Origin: a virus
IMG/VR virus record: IMGVR_UViG_3300050026_000388
Coordinates: 1-64,000 of that record
Reading direction: 5' to 3' (one strand)
DNA: 64,000 bases
Part shown: positions 1-10,767 of the stretch, in pieces
Layout of the letters: each line of letters starts with the position of its first letter
Numbering within the stretch: the first letter of the stretch is position 1
The notes under the pieces: generated by a model
Database searches by the model: none
Told to the model about the DNA's origin: nothing
Seen by the model: only the letters and a program-made list of their open reading frames with translations
Made by a program: the position numbers and the translations under genes

Positions 1-1
1 T

Positions 2-1036
2 GTTTCCGGCGAACCGCTTATTTCACTCATAGGAGCCACGGATAACCAATATCTGAAGGATGCCGTATGCTACCCAGTAGTATCCGGGCCGATAACCATC
101 GGCGGCGGCGTGTATTTTTCGGATATCGCGGATGTAAACCAAACGCTGACGGTAGACTCAGCATTTCAGGGATACGACACGCGCAGCGGCCCCGCGCAGA
201 TTGTTATGCAGCAACTCGTGGATTATAATATAGGGCCGCACGCCTGTAAATATACCGTCGCGGTGCCGGAGGGGACCTATAATATCAACCGCAGCTTGTC
301 TAACCTCGTTATCGGCCCTGGCGGCGGTATAGGTCTACCGATAACATCAAACGCGAGAGGGGACAACCTTCTCACACAACTACAGAGCATCGCAGCAGCG
401 GGGTGTGTAAACTTCCAGATAACCCTTCACGGCGGCCCGTATTCTGATTTTGACGGGACGTGGCTTGAATTTGATACCTTTATCGGCCGTGACCTCACGC
501 AAACCGTGGAACTGAGTGTCGAATCTGGCACGTTAAAAGAGTATGAGTATATCGTGAGCAGACCAAAGGGCAATTTGATAATAGCCGCGGGGCCGAACGT
601 ACAGGCAAACCAACAGTTCTGGTTCGGCGCGGACCCAGATTCAATCGCGCAGTATGGAATGGTTGAAGAGTGGGCTAGCGGCGCTAGCGCGAACTCTCAG
701 GACACCGTAGATGAGATTAATACTGAGATGGGGGCAAGCGTTAACACGTCGCTACTCAATGATGCGTATACTACTTCAGTAACATTAACACTGCAGGAAA
801 CAGACCAACTCAGGTTCAAGCGAGATTTTGATTTAGGTGATAAGGTACGGGTGTGGGTTGATGATATTCCTGTCGATGAGACTGTAAGACAACTTTACTA
901 TGTGCTGTCCTCAAGTGGGACAGCGAGTGGTGGGTCGCTAGTAACAACGTTCAAACCACGGCAGACCTCTAAGGCGGTTCAACAAATACGACAGAACACA
1001 GAAGCGATTAATCGGCTTATGTTGCAGAAGGGATAA
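2..1036 (+). CDS. Minor tail protein (ReqiPepy6 Gp37-like), 5'-truncated by the window
   Basis: Frame is open from position 2. C-terminal RDFDLGDKVRV motif and a terminal coiled coil are typical of siphovirus Gp37-like tail proteins. Confidence 0.7.
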   Translation, partial: VSGEPLISLIGATDNQYLKDAVCYPVVSGPITIGGGVYFSDIADVNQTLTVDSAFQGYDTRSGPAQIVMQQLVDYNIGPHACKYTVAVPEGTYNINRSLSNLVIGPGGGIGLPITSNARGDNLLTQLQSIAAAGCVNFQITLHGGPYSDFDGTWLEFDTFIGRDLTQTVELSVESGTLKEYEYIVSRPKGNLIIAAGPNVQANQQFWFGADPDSIAQYGMVEEWASGASANSQDTVDEINTEMGASVNTSLLNDAYTTSVTLTLQETDQLRFKRDFDLGDKVRVWVDDIPVDETVRQLYYVLSSSGTASGGSLVTTFKPRQTSKAVQQIRQNTEAINRLMLQKG

Positions 1037-1040
1037 AAAA

Positions 1041-2714
1041 ATGATATTCGGCGCGCATGGTGGAATCATTGGCGATTTAAGTTGGGCAAAAGCGAACGGA
1101 ATAAGTGAAGTCGGGTACGTATGTCAAGATGGGGGGCTTCACTCAGATATAGCATCATCGATTCGCGGGGCCGGTATGTCCCCGGTACTTAATACATTTA
1201 ATGATAATCACGGTCCAGACGAAGACGGAAGCGGTTATGCTGGATTATTTAGCGCGTGCCGTGGCGTGTGGGATATGGAAGCCGGCGAGGGGTGTAGCGC
1301 ATCCGTGACCGGATATTGCTCGAACTATTTAACTTATGAGAATTACGGCGGCATTGTCGGCAGCAGCCAGGGAGATATGTACGCAGGTCCGTGGAGTCAC
1401 GCAACGGGCGGCTATGGGCATCAGGATATACTCGAGACGTATGATAATTCTAATAATGTGGTCCTTGACGGCCAGCTTGTTAACTGCCTCCACTCTGCCG
1501 CTTCACACGGTTCAGCAATGTTGGGGTTGCTCATCGGGATATTCCCTGCGCTACTCCCTAACTATGATGCGAACCAAGTTATAAACTTTATAAGTGGGTG
1601 CGGGGTTAATATAAGTAAAATTGTATTTTGGGGGGGCTATAACCAAGATGCTATTGGTATTATGCAGGGCTCCGGACTTTTTAGCGCGTTAAAATCGCAC
1701 TATGGCGCGTCAAGCGGCGGCGGTGGCGGCGGAGCTGTGGCGGTAACCCCAACCACTATCTTTATACAATTCCACACGAACCCCACCTGGTGGTGGCAAG
1801 GGAAAATAAACGCGGTTGCTGCAATATACGCCCATGCGTGGAAGGGTACTACCGCACATTCACTTAGCAGCAGCGAATTTCTTCAGGTACAAATTTCATG
1901 GGACCAAAAAAACTGGAGCGCGGTGAAATCACTCCATCCTGATGGCATCGGGTGTTGTGTGTTTACTGTATCATTCGCAGGAAATCAACCGCATATGTAC
2001 TTCCGTGTAGTTCAACGGGATACGGGTTATACCAGCAATACTATAGAGGGTTGCTGGGGGAAATGCACCGGAACAAGTTCAAGCGGAGTAACAACGTCAA
2101 CAACTGCATCACAAGCGACTTCCGCGTTTGGGACCTTCACGGCTGTAACCGGCTTAACCGGCGGCGGTACTATGGCTGGAACGTGGACAACCGGACCGCA
2201 TCTGTGGTTAGGAATTGCGGACCCTGGAACGGATTTAAAGACCTGCACGCAGACCGTAGGCGACATAGTACACGTCTATGGGTTATCAGGAAAAATAGAC
2301 AATAAAAGCGCGTGGGTCGCAGGAGCGTGGAGTAACGCGCTCGTTATATTGTATGAAAATGATGGAGGAACGTCGCCATCAACGTTGATAGGTGAAGTGA
2401 ACCCCCCAGCCAAGACGGGACACTTTGATATATCGTTTAGCCGCCCCACCGTTGGCATGAAGCAGTACTATGCAAAAACAGGCACCAATACTTTTTCCCC
2501 GGGGATTACTGTAAACTGGGTTGCGGCGACGACCAGTGAGGGAACTGGTGACCAATCAACAGGTACGGACCAAACAGACCAAACAGACCAAACAGTTACC
2601 CCTCCTGCGGCGATTCAATTTGATTTGCAACCAGTGGTTCCGGTGCCGCAACCGGTGACTACGGGAATCACAGTAGGGCTTCGGGATAAAACGCATAAGG
2701 GGCCAGGAAAATAG
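1041..2714 (+). CDS. Tail-module protein: putative glycoside-hydrolase-like N-domain plus Ig-like beta domains
   Basis: First ~220 aa align by eye with 26721..27773 (GMSP..ND, GE, NYGG, ETY). A Gly linker and beta-rich domains follow. Sits between tail genes. Confidence 0.5.
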   Translation: MIFGAHGGIIGDLSWAKANGISEVGYVCQDGGLHSDIASSIRGAGMSPVLNTFNDNHGPDEDGSGYAGLFSACRGVWDMEAGEGCSASVTGYCSNYLTYENYGGIVGSSQGDMYAGPWSHATGGYGHQDILETYDNSNNVVLDGQLVNCLHSAASHGSAMLGLLIGIFPALLPNYDANQVINFISGCGVNISKIVFWGGYNQDAIGIMQGSGLFSALKSHYGASSGGGGGGAVAVTPTTIFIQFHTNPTWWWQGKINAVAAIYAHAWKGTTAHSLSSSEFLQVQISWDQKNWSAVKSLHPDGIGCCVFTVSFAGNQPHMYFRVVQRDTGYTSNTIEGCWGKCTGTSSSGVTTSTTASQATSAFGTFTAVTGLTGGGTMAGTWTTGPHLWLGIADPGTDLKTCTQTVGDIVHVYGLSGKIDNKSAWVAGAWSNALVILYENDGGTSPSTLIGEVNPPAKTGHFDISFSRPTVGMKQYYAKTGTNTFSPGITVNWVAATTSEGTGDQSTGTDQTDQTDQTVTPPAAIQFDLQPVVPVPQPVTTGITVGLRDKTHKGPGK

Positions 2715-2810
2715 ATGCCACACGATAAACGCGACAAAACAGAAGAAGAATATTTCAAAGTTATAGGAGCTTATAAATGATAAAAACTAGAGGATGGAGT
2801 CGGTTGCCTT

Positions 2811-4862
2811 ATGAGTGAGGTCTACTTCCCCTTCAATTCGGGCAACGGGGCAATTGTGACTGAGCAACAATGGCAACAAATGGCGAGCTGTTGGGCAAAA
2901 ACCGGCGTTAGGACTAGTGTAGATAGAACGCAAGAACTAAAGGTCAACGCCGACCCCGAAGGCGGCAGAGTTGTGATGGTGGACCCTGGTGTATGTTATA
3001 TATTGGGGGAATATTACGCAACGGATGAACCTATTGAACTCTCTATTGATGAACCACCCACGACCTCTGGGCAGGTGCGCATTGATGCAATAGTGGCGAG
3101 ATGTAAATGGGGCGCAAATGCGAAAATTGACCTAGAGGTAGTTGACGGGATGCCTGGAACGCCGTGCGCCGCAGTAGAGATGTGGGACGCGAGCATGTAT
3201 GGAACCGCTGGATACCCGCCGGCCGTATCCTCTGAACCAGGGGTTCAATACGACCTAGTACTAGCATTTGTAACTATATATGCTTCTACCGGCTCAAACT
3301 ATACCGTAGCGCAAGCGGACATCCTTGACCAACGACAATACGGCGCAAACGCCGGTAGCGCGCAGTCATCTACGTTTGTAGTTGCGGCATCGAATGCTAG
3401 TGCTACCACGCGAGCGAGCGCCAATTTTGCAATACCGTATGGTTATGACCTCAACGGTGCCGTAACCCCGTATACAAGTGCACAGGTAGTAATAAATGCG
3501 GCCATAAGTATGCTAACGATTACGGGTGGTGGAGAACTACGCCTTACAGAAGGAACGTTTACTATTGATGATTCAATAATCCTTACCGACAATGTACGTA
3601 TTGTTGGGTCGGGGCGCAGCACCATAATACAAGCAGCTGCTAGTATGACCGCAAGCCCGATAATACAAGCTGGCGGAGTAGGTACGATAGGTAGTTACGC
3701 TACCGCGACGAGCCCCGTCGGTACGACAGGCGGCGGCTACGCTACCAATGATGCCGGAGCCGTCCCAGGATACTTTTTGACACTCAAAGATGGGGCGATA
3801 GTATGGATTACGAATGTTAACCAGCTACCGCTATACGAATACGACATCGGAACTGGCGGAGCCCCCATATACTTAGGAAACAATTCGTGGGCAGTCCCGA
3901 CGAATAGCCCTGTGGAGCCTGGCGGACCGATAAATTATTCAGCTGTTATATGGGGCACGACGCACCAGAATATGTCAGAGGGAAAATCGGCAAAAGTGAC
4001 TGTTGGAGCGACTGCCACGAGCGGGGGGTCATCTACTGCTGGTACCACAATACTCTCAACCGCCATGTTGCAGGGTATCATGTCCTCTGGAAGTATCACC
4101 AATGCGGCCGTTCAGGACTTAACCATTAGCGGCACTTACACTACATGGCCGGCGGTCAGCACCGCGACGGTAACTGGTGATGGGCGTTACGGCGTATCCC
4201 TTAATAACGCGACCAACTGTGAGCTGAGTGGTCTTGAGATATACAATACCTCTGATTCGGCAATTGTGGTTACTGGAACAACAAGCACTATGAACCGTAT
4301 TCACGACAACTACATTCACAACGCGGCGCAGAGTGGTATTTACCTAAACTCAAATCAGTCAACGGTACTAAACAACAATATGAACTACGTTGGATATGGG
4401 GTGGCTATAGCAGGGTCCGCGCAATGTACCGTAAACAACAACACGATGGACAACGTATGGGTCACTGGAATCGTACTTGACGGCACCACCGGTTTGAACA
4501 CCCAGGACAACATGGTAGAAGGAAACCATATCTATAATTGCAGTCAGTCGGGAACGAACAGCGCGTATGGTATTTTCGTCACTGGCGCAGGGGCTATCAG
4601 CAACTCGATAATGAGCAACTACGTTAAGGGCGTTCAGACGACCGCAATGGCCGCGGCAGGCATTAACGTTGGCGCTGGATGCACGGCTAATATCATTATG
4701 TTCAACGTGGTCATGTACGCAGCAAACACACAACCAGGTAATAACATAGTAGCAGCGTCTACTGAGGTAACCAACAACCACATCCGGATGAACTTTAGTG
4801 GTGCCGGAGCAACAGTCGCTCAGACTTCGCTTCCGTCGTTCGACGCACCGTGGCCGGCGTGA
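2811..4862 (+). CDS. Tail fibre/spike with right-handed beta-helix (pectin-lyase-like)
   Basis: N-terminal YFPFNSG..TEQQW and RIDAIVAR tail-fibre head. INAAI..GGGELRLTEGTF helix cap and repeated I.NN.I.N rungs. Confidence 0.8.
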   Translation: MSEVYFPFNSGNGAIVTEQQWQQMASCWAKTGVRTSVDRTQELKVNADPEGGRVVMVDPGVCYILGEYYATDEPIELSIDEPPTTSGQVRIDAIVARCKWGANAKIDLEVVDGMPGTPCAAVEMWDASMYGTAGYPPAVSSEPGVQYDLVLAFVTIYASTGSNYTVAQADILDQRQYGANAGSAQSSTFVVAASNASATTRASANFAIPYGYDLNGAVTPYTSAQVVINAAISMLTITGGGELRLTEGTFTIDDSIILTDNVRIVGSGRSTIIQAAASMTASPIIQAGGVGTIGSYATATSPVGTTGGGYATNDAGAVPGYFLTLKDGAIVWITNVNQLPLYEYDIGTGGAPIYLGNNSWAVPTNSPVEPGGPINYSAVIWGTTHQNMSEGKSAKVTVGATATSGGSSTAGTTILSTAMLQGIMSSGSITNAAVQDLTISGTYTTWPAVSTATVTGDGRYGVSLNNATNCELSGLEIYNTSDSAIVVTGTTSTMNRIHDNYIHNAAQSGIYLNSNQSTVLNNNMNYVGYGVAIAGSAQCTVNNNTMDNVWVTGIVLDGTTGLNTQDNMVEGNHIYNCSQSGTNSAYGIFVTGAGAISNSIMSNYVKGVQTTAMAAAGINVGAGCTANIIMFNVVMYAANTQPGNNIVAASTEVTNNHIRMNFSGAGATVAQTSLPSFDAPWPA

Positions 4863-4954
4863 GCTAAAATGGCTACAGACAAAAAAAGAAACGGAAAGAG
4901 CGCCGGATTAAGGAAAAAGAAAAAGAAGAGAGCTAATAAACGGAACGGCGGGGA

Positions 4955-5608
4955 GTGGTAATCGACGGAGACAACATGGATGAACTCAAGAGAAGTGTTA
5001 ATGCAGTAAAACTAGAGCTAGACGAAGAACTAAAGAAGATTAACGGTGTTTCAGCTAAACTAGACAAGAACCTGTCGCTTATCGACGACGTACGTAAAGA
5101 ACAGAAGCACGTTTTTACCGCGCATAAGAAAGAGCTCGACTCGATGGAAGAGTGTGTGAGGCATTGTCAGATTAGCATAGCGCAGCACGACGAGCGGCTT
5201 AAGGCGTATGAAGCTAACAGTACGCGCCAAAACGGTAATCTCGATAAGCTTAGTGATAATATAGGTGATGTCGCGCATAGTGTCAATGAAATAGTTAAGA
5301 AAGTTGATGCTCTGGATATCAACGTTGCGAACCGGGTGAATGAAATAGAGCGGAATGGGATAAAACGTGAATCCTCGAGGGAAATAGACACGCGGAACCG
5401 AGAGGCCGCGTGGGCTAAAGCGAGTGATGCACGGACTGACGCTGACAGGACAACGGCCGCCGCCGCGGTTGACGACTTACGGTCAGAATGGTTACGCAGT
5501 CGCATTACTTTTAATTGGAAAATAATTGGTGCGCTCTCTTCCCTTGCCTTCTTGTTTGTCTTAGTCTTCATCTCGTATACATTCCACGTGTTTGGAGGGT
5601 TGCCATGA
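4955..5608 (+). CDS. Coiled-coil protein with C-terminal TM helix (XhlA/holin-like)
   Basis: Long heptad region, RQNG motif and a hydrophobic C-terminus. Follows the tail fibre. Confidence 0.5.
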   Translation: MVIDGDNMDELKRSVNAVKLELDEELKKINGVSAKLDKNLSLIDDVRKEQKHVFTAHKKELDSMEECVRHCQISIAQHDERLKAYEANSTRQNGNLDKLSDNIGDVAHSVNEIVKKVDALDINVANRVNEIERNGIKRESSREIDTRNREAAWAKASDARTDADRTTAAAAVDDLRSEWLRSRITFNWKIIGALSSLAFLFVLVFISYTFHVFGGLP

Positions 5609-5895
5609 CAGACGACGTCACCGTCTTAGCACAGCGCATAGCTGAGCTCGAGGGATGCACAAAAACATCGCACGATAACGACCTTGTTTACGGGGAACGC
5701 CTGAACGCTATTAATGATAAATTCTCGGAAACTAAAGACCATTTGGATAAACAAGACGTAGAAGTTGGTGGCCGACTTGATAAACAAGACACCGCGCTGG
5801 AAGATATCCAAAATAAGATAGATACGTTCCGGTGGTATATCCTCACTACTATCATCGGTTTCCTAATAACAATTATTATTGTCAAGGTAATATAA
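5605..5895 (+). CDS. Small coiled-coil plus C-terminal TM protein (XhlA-like)
   Basis: ATGA overlap with the previous stop. MTDDV.. coiled coil, then WYILTTIIGFLITIIIV. Confidence 0.55.
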   Translation: MTDDVTVLAQRIAELEGCTKTSHDNDLVYGERLNAINDKFSETKDHLDKQDVEVGGRLDKQDTALEDIQNKIDTFRWYILTTIIGFLITIIIVKVI

Positions 5896-5911
5896 TAAAG
5901 AGGTGAAACAA

Positions 5912-6001
5912 ATGCAAATTAGTTATTTAGAGTTTATAGTTACGATGATATTCGTAGAAGTGCTGTTCGTACTGTTCTCAATGTACGGGCTCATCCACTA
6001 A
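5912..6001 (+). CDS. 29-aa single-TM peptide
   Basis: GAGGTG SD, then MQISYLEFIVTMIFVEVLFVLFSMYGLIH. Below the ORF-track size cutoff. Confidence 0.5.
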   Translation: MQISYLEFIVTMIFVEVLFVLFSMYGLIH

Positions 6002-6015
6002 TCAGGGGGTATTAG

Positions 6016-6510
6016 GTGGATAGATACTGGAAGAGACGATACCATAATCTACAAGCAATGCACGAGCGGGTAAAGGCAGCCGACCGCCGGCAGAAGCAAG
6101 CCCTTGTGGTATTCTTCGGTGTGATTATCCTGGGGCTTGCGGTATTTAGTGGGATGCAGTACTTCGCGTATAATAATTTGAAGGATAAGCCGGAGAAGCC
6201 ATGTCCGATTATCGTAGTGAATAAAACGGTAAACGCGACCGTGCCTACCGCGGCGGCCCAGTTCAGTATCCTCTATTTTACCCAAGAGGGCTGTCCGTTC
6301 TGTGCGCAGCAAACACCGATTATAAATAATGTTGCATCACACGTTAATGTGACAACAGTAGACTTGACCACCAACTCGAGCGGGCCTGCTCTTATTCAGC
6401 AATGGCGAGTGGTTACTACACCTACCACCGTAGTGCTAAAAGACGGGAAAGAAGTCGCGCGATTTACTACGGTGACTGATGCGACAACGATACTTAACGC
6501 TACTAAATAA
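6016..6510 (+). CDS. Membrane-anchored thioredoxin-fold protein
   Basis: TM helix, CPFC active site and cis-Pro motif VTTPTTVV. Confidence 0.8.
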   Translation: MDRYWKRRYHNLQAMHERVKAADRRQKQALVVFFGVIILGLAVFSGMQYFAYNNLKDKPEKPCPIIVVNKTVNATVPTAAAQFSILYFTQEGCPFCAQQTPIINNVASHVNVTTVDLTTNSSGPALIQQWRVVTTPTTVVLKDGKEVARFTTVTDATTILNATK

Positions 6511-6586
6511 TTAATCAGATTTATTAATTCATGCATGAATAAAACAGAAAGGGGGTGATAGTATAGACCCGACTACACTTACGTTT

Positions 6587-6838
6587 GTGTGTTTCTTTGT
6601 AGGAGCACTCATAGGTGTTATCGTGCCGGCACTTGGTCAATGGGACCCGTCTCCAGGTATGCAGCGAGGCGTTCAGTTGTTCTTGGCCTTTATGGCAATA
6701 ATCGTAGCCGCAATTTCTGGCGGACTTGCAGCCCCGGCTGCCGTTATTGGTATTTTGGCCGGATACAGTTTCGCAGTTCAAGCCAAGTTCAATGGGAAGA
6801 TGCGCTGGCTGCTCGCTGAAGTTGAGGTGAAGGAGTAA
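6587..6838 (+). CDS. Small membrane protein (holin-like candidate)
   Basis: 2-3 hydrophobic segments at the end of the late operon. Start is uncertain. Confidence 0.4.
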   Translation: MCFFVGALIGVIVPALGQWDPSPGMQRGVQLFLAFMAIIVAAISGGLAAPAAVIGILAGYSFAVQAKFNGKMRWLLAEVEVKE

Positions 6839-6870
6839 CTTCACCTTTTTTTTCTTTTTTTGCTGTTTTT
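6827..6870 (+). terminator. Hairpin plus long T tract ending the late operon
   Basis: GTGAAG..CTTCAC followed by T-runs, just before a convergent gene. Confidence 0.6.
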
Positions 6871-6985
6871 CGCTTTAGTTTGGATATTGACTATGATTAG
6901 TTAGGTAGCAAATGCGTCTTTTCGACAAATAGCGAGCGTATAGGGGTTGGTTTCCAGCCATTTGTTAACCATGTCAGGTTTGTTC

Positions 6986-7576
6986 TTATTTGCCGTCAAC
7001 AATGAGGTCGCGCATGTGCTTACTGGCGCCACCTCTAAAATGACCCCACTGGTTTATCTCATATAACTTAAAAATTTTACGTTTTTGCACATCGAGTCTT
7101 TTTGGTAGTGCGACAAATAAGTTTGCTTCGGGGTATGACGCACTATAAAATAGTAATTGGCCCAATGCCGACATTAAATTATGAGTATCCATATGACCCT
7201 TAACTTCTATAATTGAGGGGGGGTCGTCATTAATAAAAATATCTATAATTCCTGTTTCGCACGCCTTATTTACTTCATAGTTAAGTCCTTTCTTACTCAG
7301 TGGTTTACATAACCTTTTAACGAATTCTTTTTCAGATTCTGTTTTAATGTCTCCATTCCAGCGTGCATCATTTATTAATTCCTGTATGAGTGCTTTGTCT
7401 TTGCTAAGTAATAAATTTAATACCTTATTGCTATGTCCTTTCCGTGTCGATTCGCCAAAGGTGTATTTAGGGATTTCGTGGGCGTAGCAATTTGTGCAAA
7501 CCCAGTTTTGTGTGTCCATCACTTTAAAAGTGTAGTTACACTCAGGACACATCTTTTCTTTTAAAATAGATTCCAT
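6986..7576 (-). CDS. Zn-finger plus PD-(D/E)XK nuclease-like protein
   Basis: CPEC..CTNC, IDIF..IIEVK and ALGQLLFY. The Zn finger is paralogous to 37004..37213. Confidence 0.65.
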   Translation of the reverse strand: MESILKEKMCPECNYTFKVMDTQNWVCTNCYAHEIPKYTFGESTRKGHSNKVLNLLLSKDKALIQELINDARWNGDIKTESEKEFVKRLCKPLSKKGLNYEVNKACETGIIDIFINDDPPSIIEVKGHMDTHNLMSALGQLLFYSASYPEANLFVALPKRLDVQKRKIFKLYEINQWGHFRGGASKHMRDLIVDGK

Positions 7577-7636
7577 TTCAAAAGTTAATCTAGTTAACTA
7601 GATTAAGTAAGTTATGTATCTACTGCGAAAGTGTGA

Positions 7637-7650
7637 TTAACCAGTGTCAA
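7637..7650. promoter_or_regulatory. Operator TTAACCAGTGTCAA between divergent promoters
   Basis: Exact copies at 47453 and (reverse) 52638. TATA box TTATATA at 7671. Confidence 0.65.
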
Positions 7651-7922
7651 CTTGGCTTTTGAGTCGTTAGTTATATATACTATAATTGTTATATGTATCA
7701 TTGCAGTTATAGGCTGCAAGGTGAAACATAATGGCAATCTTTATTGAAGAACTAATCGAAGAGAACGTGCATTTAGCATACCCTTGGGCACACAGTATAG
7801 AGATTGAACACGTGACTGACAGTTACTATATAGCAAACATTTCGTTCTGGATGGACAACGACTGCAAAGTTGGTGTTACTGTCAATGATGAAGAAGAGAT
7901 AACAGCGATAGAGGAATTATAA

Positions 7923-8048
7923 ATGGCAAAAACAACTATTAGTATAGAAGAAGAGACACGCGACCGCATCATAAAGTTTGGTGAGAAGCGAGAAACGTAT
8001 GACACAATTATAAATCGAATTATTGACCATCTAGAAGCTATAGCATAA
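7923..8048 (+). CDS. Ribbon-helix-helix (archaeal VapB-like) regulator
   Basis: MAKTTISIEEETRDRIIKFGEKRETYDTIINRIID. Not in the ORF track (41 aa). Confidence 0.75.
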   Translation: MAKTTISIEEETRDRIIKFGEKRETYDTIINRIIDHLEAIA

Positions 8049-10644
8049 AGGTGAGTGAAATGGACGCTAAACAAAAAGAGTATTATGATTCAATGGGTGC
8101 AAGTGGCGAGATGTCCACGAACACTATGATAGCGATTGAGCAACTGTGGCAACGGAAGAGAATTGCTGATGCTTTAGAGAAGATTATTGAGAGGCTCAAT
8201 GGTTGGGATTACGGGTCGTCATTGTTGGTTACGCAGAGGAAGTGAGTAAAATGGGAAACGGTGACTGTGCAACTCGTGACGCGGGCTGGTGTGACCTTAT
8301 GGATGAAGAGGCAGCATTAGAATACGCTGAACAAATACTCTGCGGGAACTGTGACAAAGACGCTCAAATCAAACGCTTAACTGCCCACTTGGAAACGTGG
8401 AAAGTGTTGGCGCAGGCGCGGTATACAAAGATGGTGTCCGCGCGGTTGAGGATTAAAGAGTTGGAAGGACTGGGGGAGTAACGATGCTTCAACCAGAAAC
8501 CTGTGAGAAGTTCGAGGAAGACGAAAACCAATGCGCTACGTGTGAGTGTTACGTACATTGTTGGGGCGAATCGCCATGGACGGAAGCGCAGCGTGAATAC
8601 GACAGGAGTCGGTAAAGATGATAGAATGCTACAAATGTGAGTGGGCGCGTTTAGAGAAGTATCCGCCAAAAAGGTTCAAGCTGCTCTGCATCCGATATGT
8701 TGATGTAATAGGTATAGACAATCAAATACCGGAATGCTCAGAATACAAAGAACGGGAAATTTACCAGTGGAAAGAAGAGGAATAAAAAAATGAACGATAA
8801 ATGCTTAGAACGGATTGCTAGCGCATTAGAAATAATTGCAGACAAAATGGAAGCTAAACCGGTTAAGATTATCACGTATGACGCTGGTGATTTATCAAAA
8901 GAGAACTACGATGAAGTTATAGATAAAATGAGAAAAGAACTCCGTTATAGGGGGTGAAAAATGACTTATACGAACGAAGAACGTGCTGAAATGAAAATAC
9001 TAGTTGAAAAGGTAGTAGACGAAGTTATGATACACATAACGCTTCCACCAAAATATAGCATGCGATTTATTAGAGGTGAAGAATACAGCGGGGTGCCGTT
9101 GATTATTATGTTAGAGCACGATGAGCAAACCTTTACGATGTGTGGTGGGGATTTGTTCGATGAGGAAGATGAGGTGAAAAATGACTTGTAAAAAATTAAA
9201 GAAGTGGGTAGAAGCCGAGTTAAAAATGTTAGAACCGAACACCTGGGTAGGCACAGCACATGAGTATCACGACGGTAGGATTTCAGCATATCGAGACGTG
9301 CTAGAAATGATAGGTGAAAAATGACAACAGAAGTCAAAGAGGATATCCCTACGTTTTGTCCATACCTCAAAGAAGGTAACTGGACGTATGAAAAGTGTGA
9401 AAATGAATTAGAGGGTGGATGTTGGTTCCTAAACTTCACCGATGATTACAAAACAATCTACTGTATGTATGACACAGGTGAAACATGACCTACGATGACG
9501 CATTGAAACATTTAGAGCAATATATCTACACAATGAATGGTGAATATATCAGTGAAGATGCTATTCCTTCAAAAGCTAAACAGCTGTTAGATAGTATATA
9601 TAGTGACTTGGGAATCGATGACATTATCCTAGAGCTTTGGAAAAAGAGGGGTGAAAAATGACTGAACTTAAAGACGCAACGCTAGATGAGATTAAATTGG
9701 AATTAATAGAACGCTACCGCGCTACCGGCGACGAACGAATTAGTATTTGGCATGGGGACACCGAAGAAGAGAATAGCGTAGAAATTGACCTTCACCCCGA
9801 AAAGTGGGAAGAAGAAAAATGAGGTGAAAAATGAAATCTGAGGAAGAGTGGAAAGAAGAAACGGTAGCTAGAATTGAAAATAAGAAGCAATCACCGTTCA
9901 TGGATTTTGTCGATTGTAATGAAGCATGGGATAATAGACATGCTGACGAGGCAGAGGAAGCACTTGATAATTTAATCGGCCTTGTTCGGGGTAGCGAGTC
10001 AGATGCACAAGCGATAGCTGACAATATAAAGGTCTTACGGAAGTTTATTGACAAGAAAAGGAAGTGAAAAATGACTTTAACCATTTATGATTTAGAACAG
10101 TTTCAACCACTCACGCAATGTGTAACGTGTAAACATTTGTACCCTGTCATAGAGCGCGATATATACGCTCACGGTAGACACGGTTATGCCATCTCTCACG
10201 GGTGTGTACGATGGAATGACATCTTCCGTGACGAATGGCTATCAATCTGGATGGAACCCTGTTGGGATTGGGAAGAAAAGTGAGGGATAAAAAATGAGTT
10301 CAGATGAATGGCGGAAATTTTTGACGGAGAATTTTAAAGACGAAGGTGATGTTGCCTTAAATTTAGAAGAACTTACAGTACAGCAAATTCACGGTTTCTT
10401 AGGCATCGCAGAACGCAGGTTGTTGGCTTATGCAACAGAACAAGGTCATAAGGGAATGATGACGCGCATCGTGATATGGAGGTTAGACAAAATTCGTCGT
10501 CAACTTAAACAAGCACGAAACTCGTTAGGGGCAGTTATAGGTTTTGAAACGTGGCTTACTAACGCTTTAGAAAGTGCAAGAAACGGTGAAACACGGGAAG
10601 ATATTTTAAAGCGGTTAGAAGAAGAAGAAAAAGAGGGGTGAAAA

Positions 10645-10767
10645 ATGACTTACATGATACAAAATCTATCTAATAACTCTTACTGTTTTTAATTAAATAC
10701 GTTGTTTAAAAGTAAACATATATATAGGATAAGTGCGTATATGGGTGTAGAGGTGTTTGAAAAATGA
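10645..10767 (+). pseudogene. Micro-ORF with an internal in-frame TAA
   Basis: Starts at a junction ATG and stops after 15 codons. The same frame stays open to the next junction's GAA AAA TGA. Confidence 0.35.

Noticed and set aside
2568-2594. GACCAAACA x3 tandem repeat
   Set aside because: It is a simple in-frame linker repeat (DQT) with no sign of phase variation.
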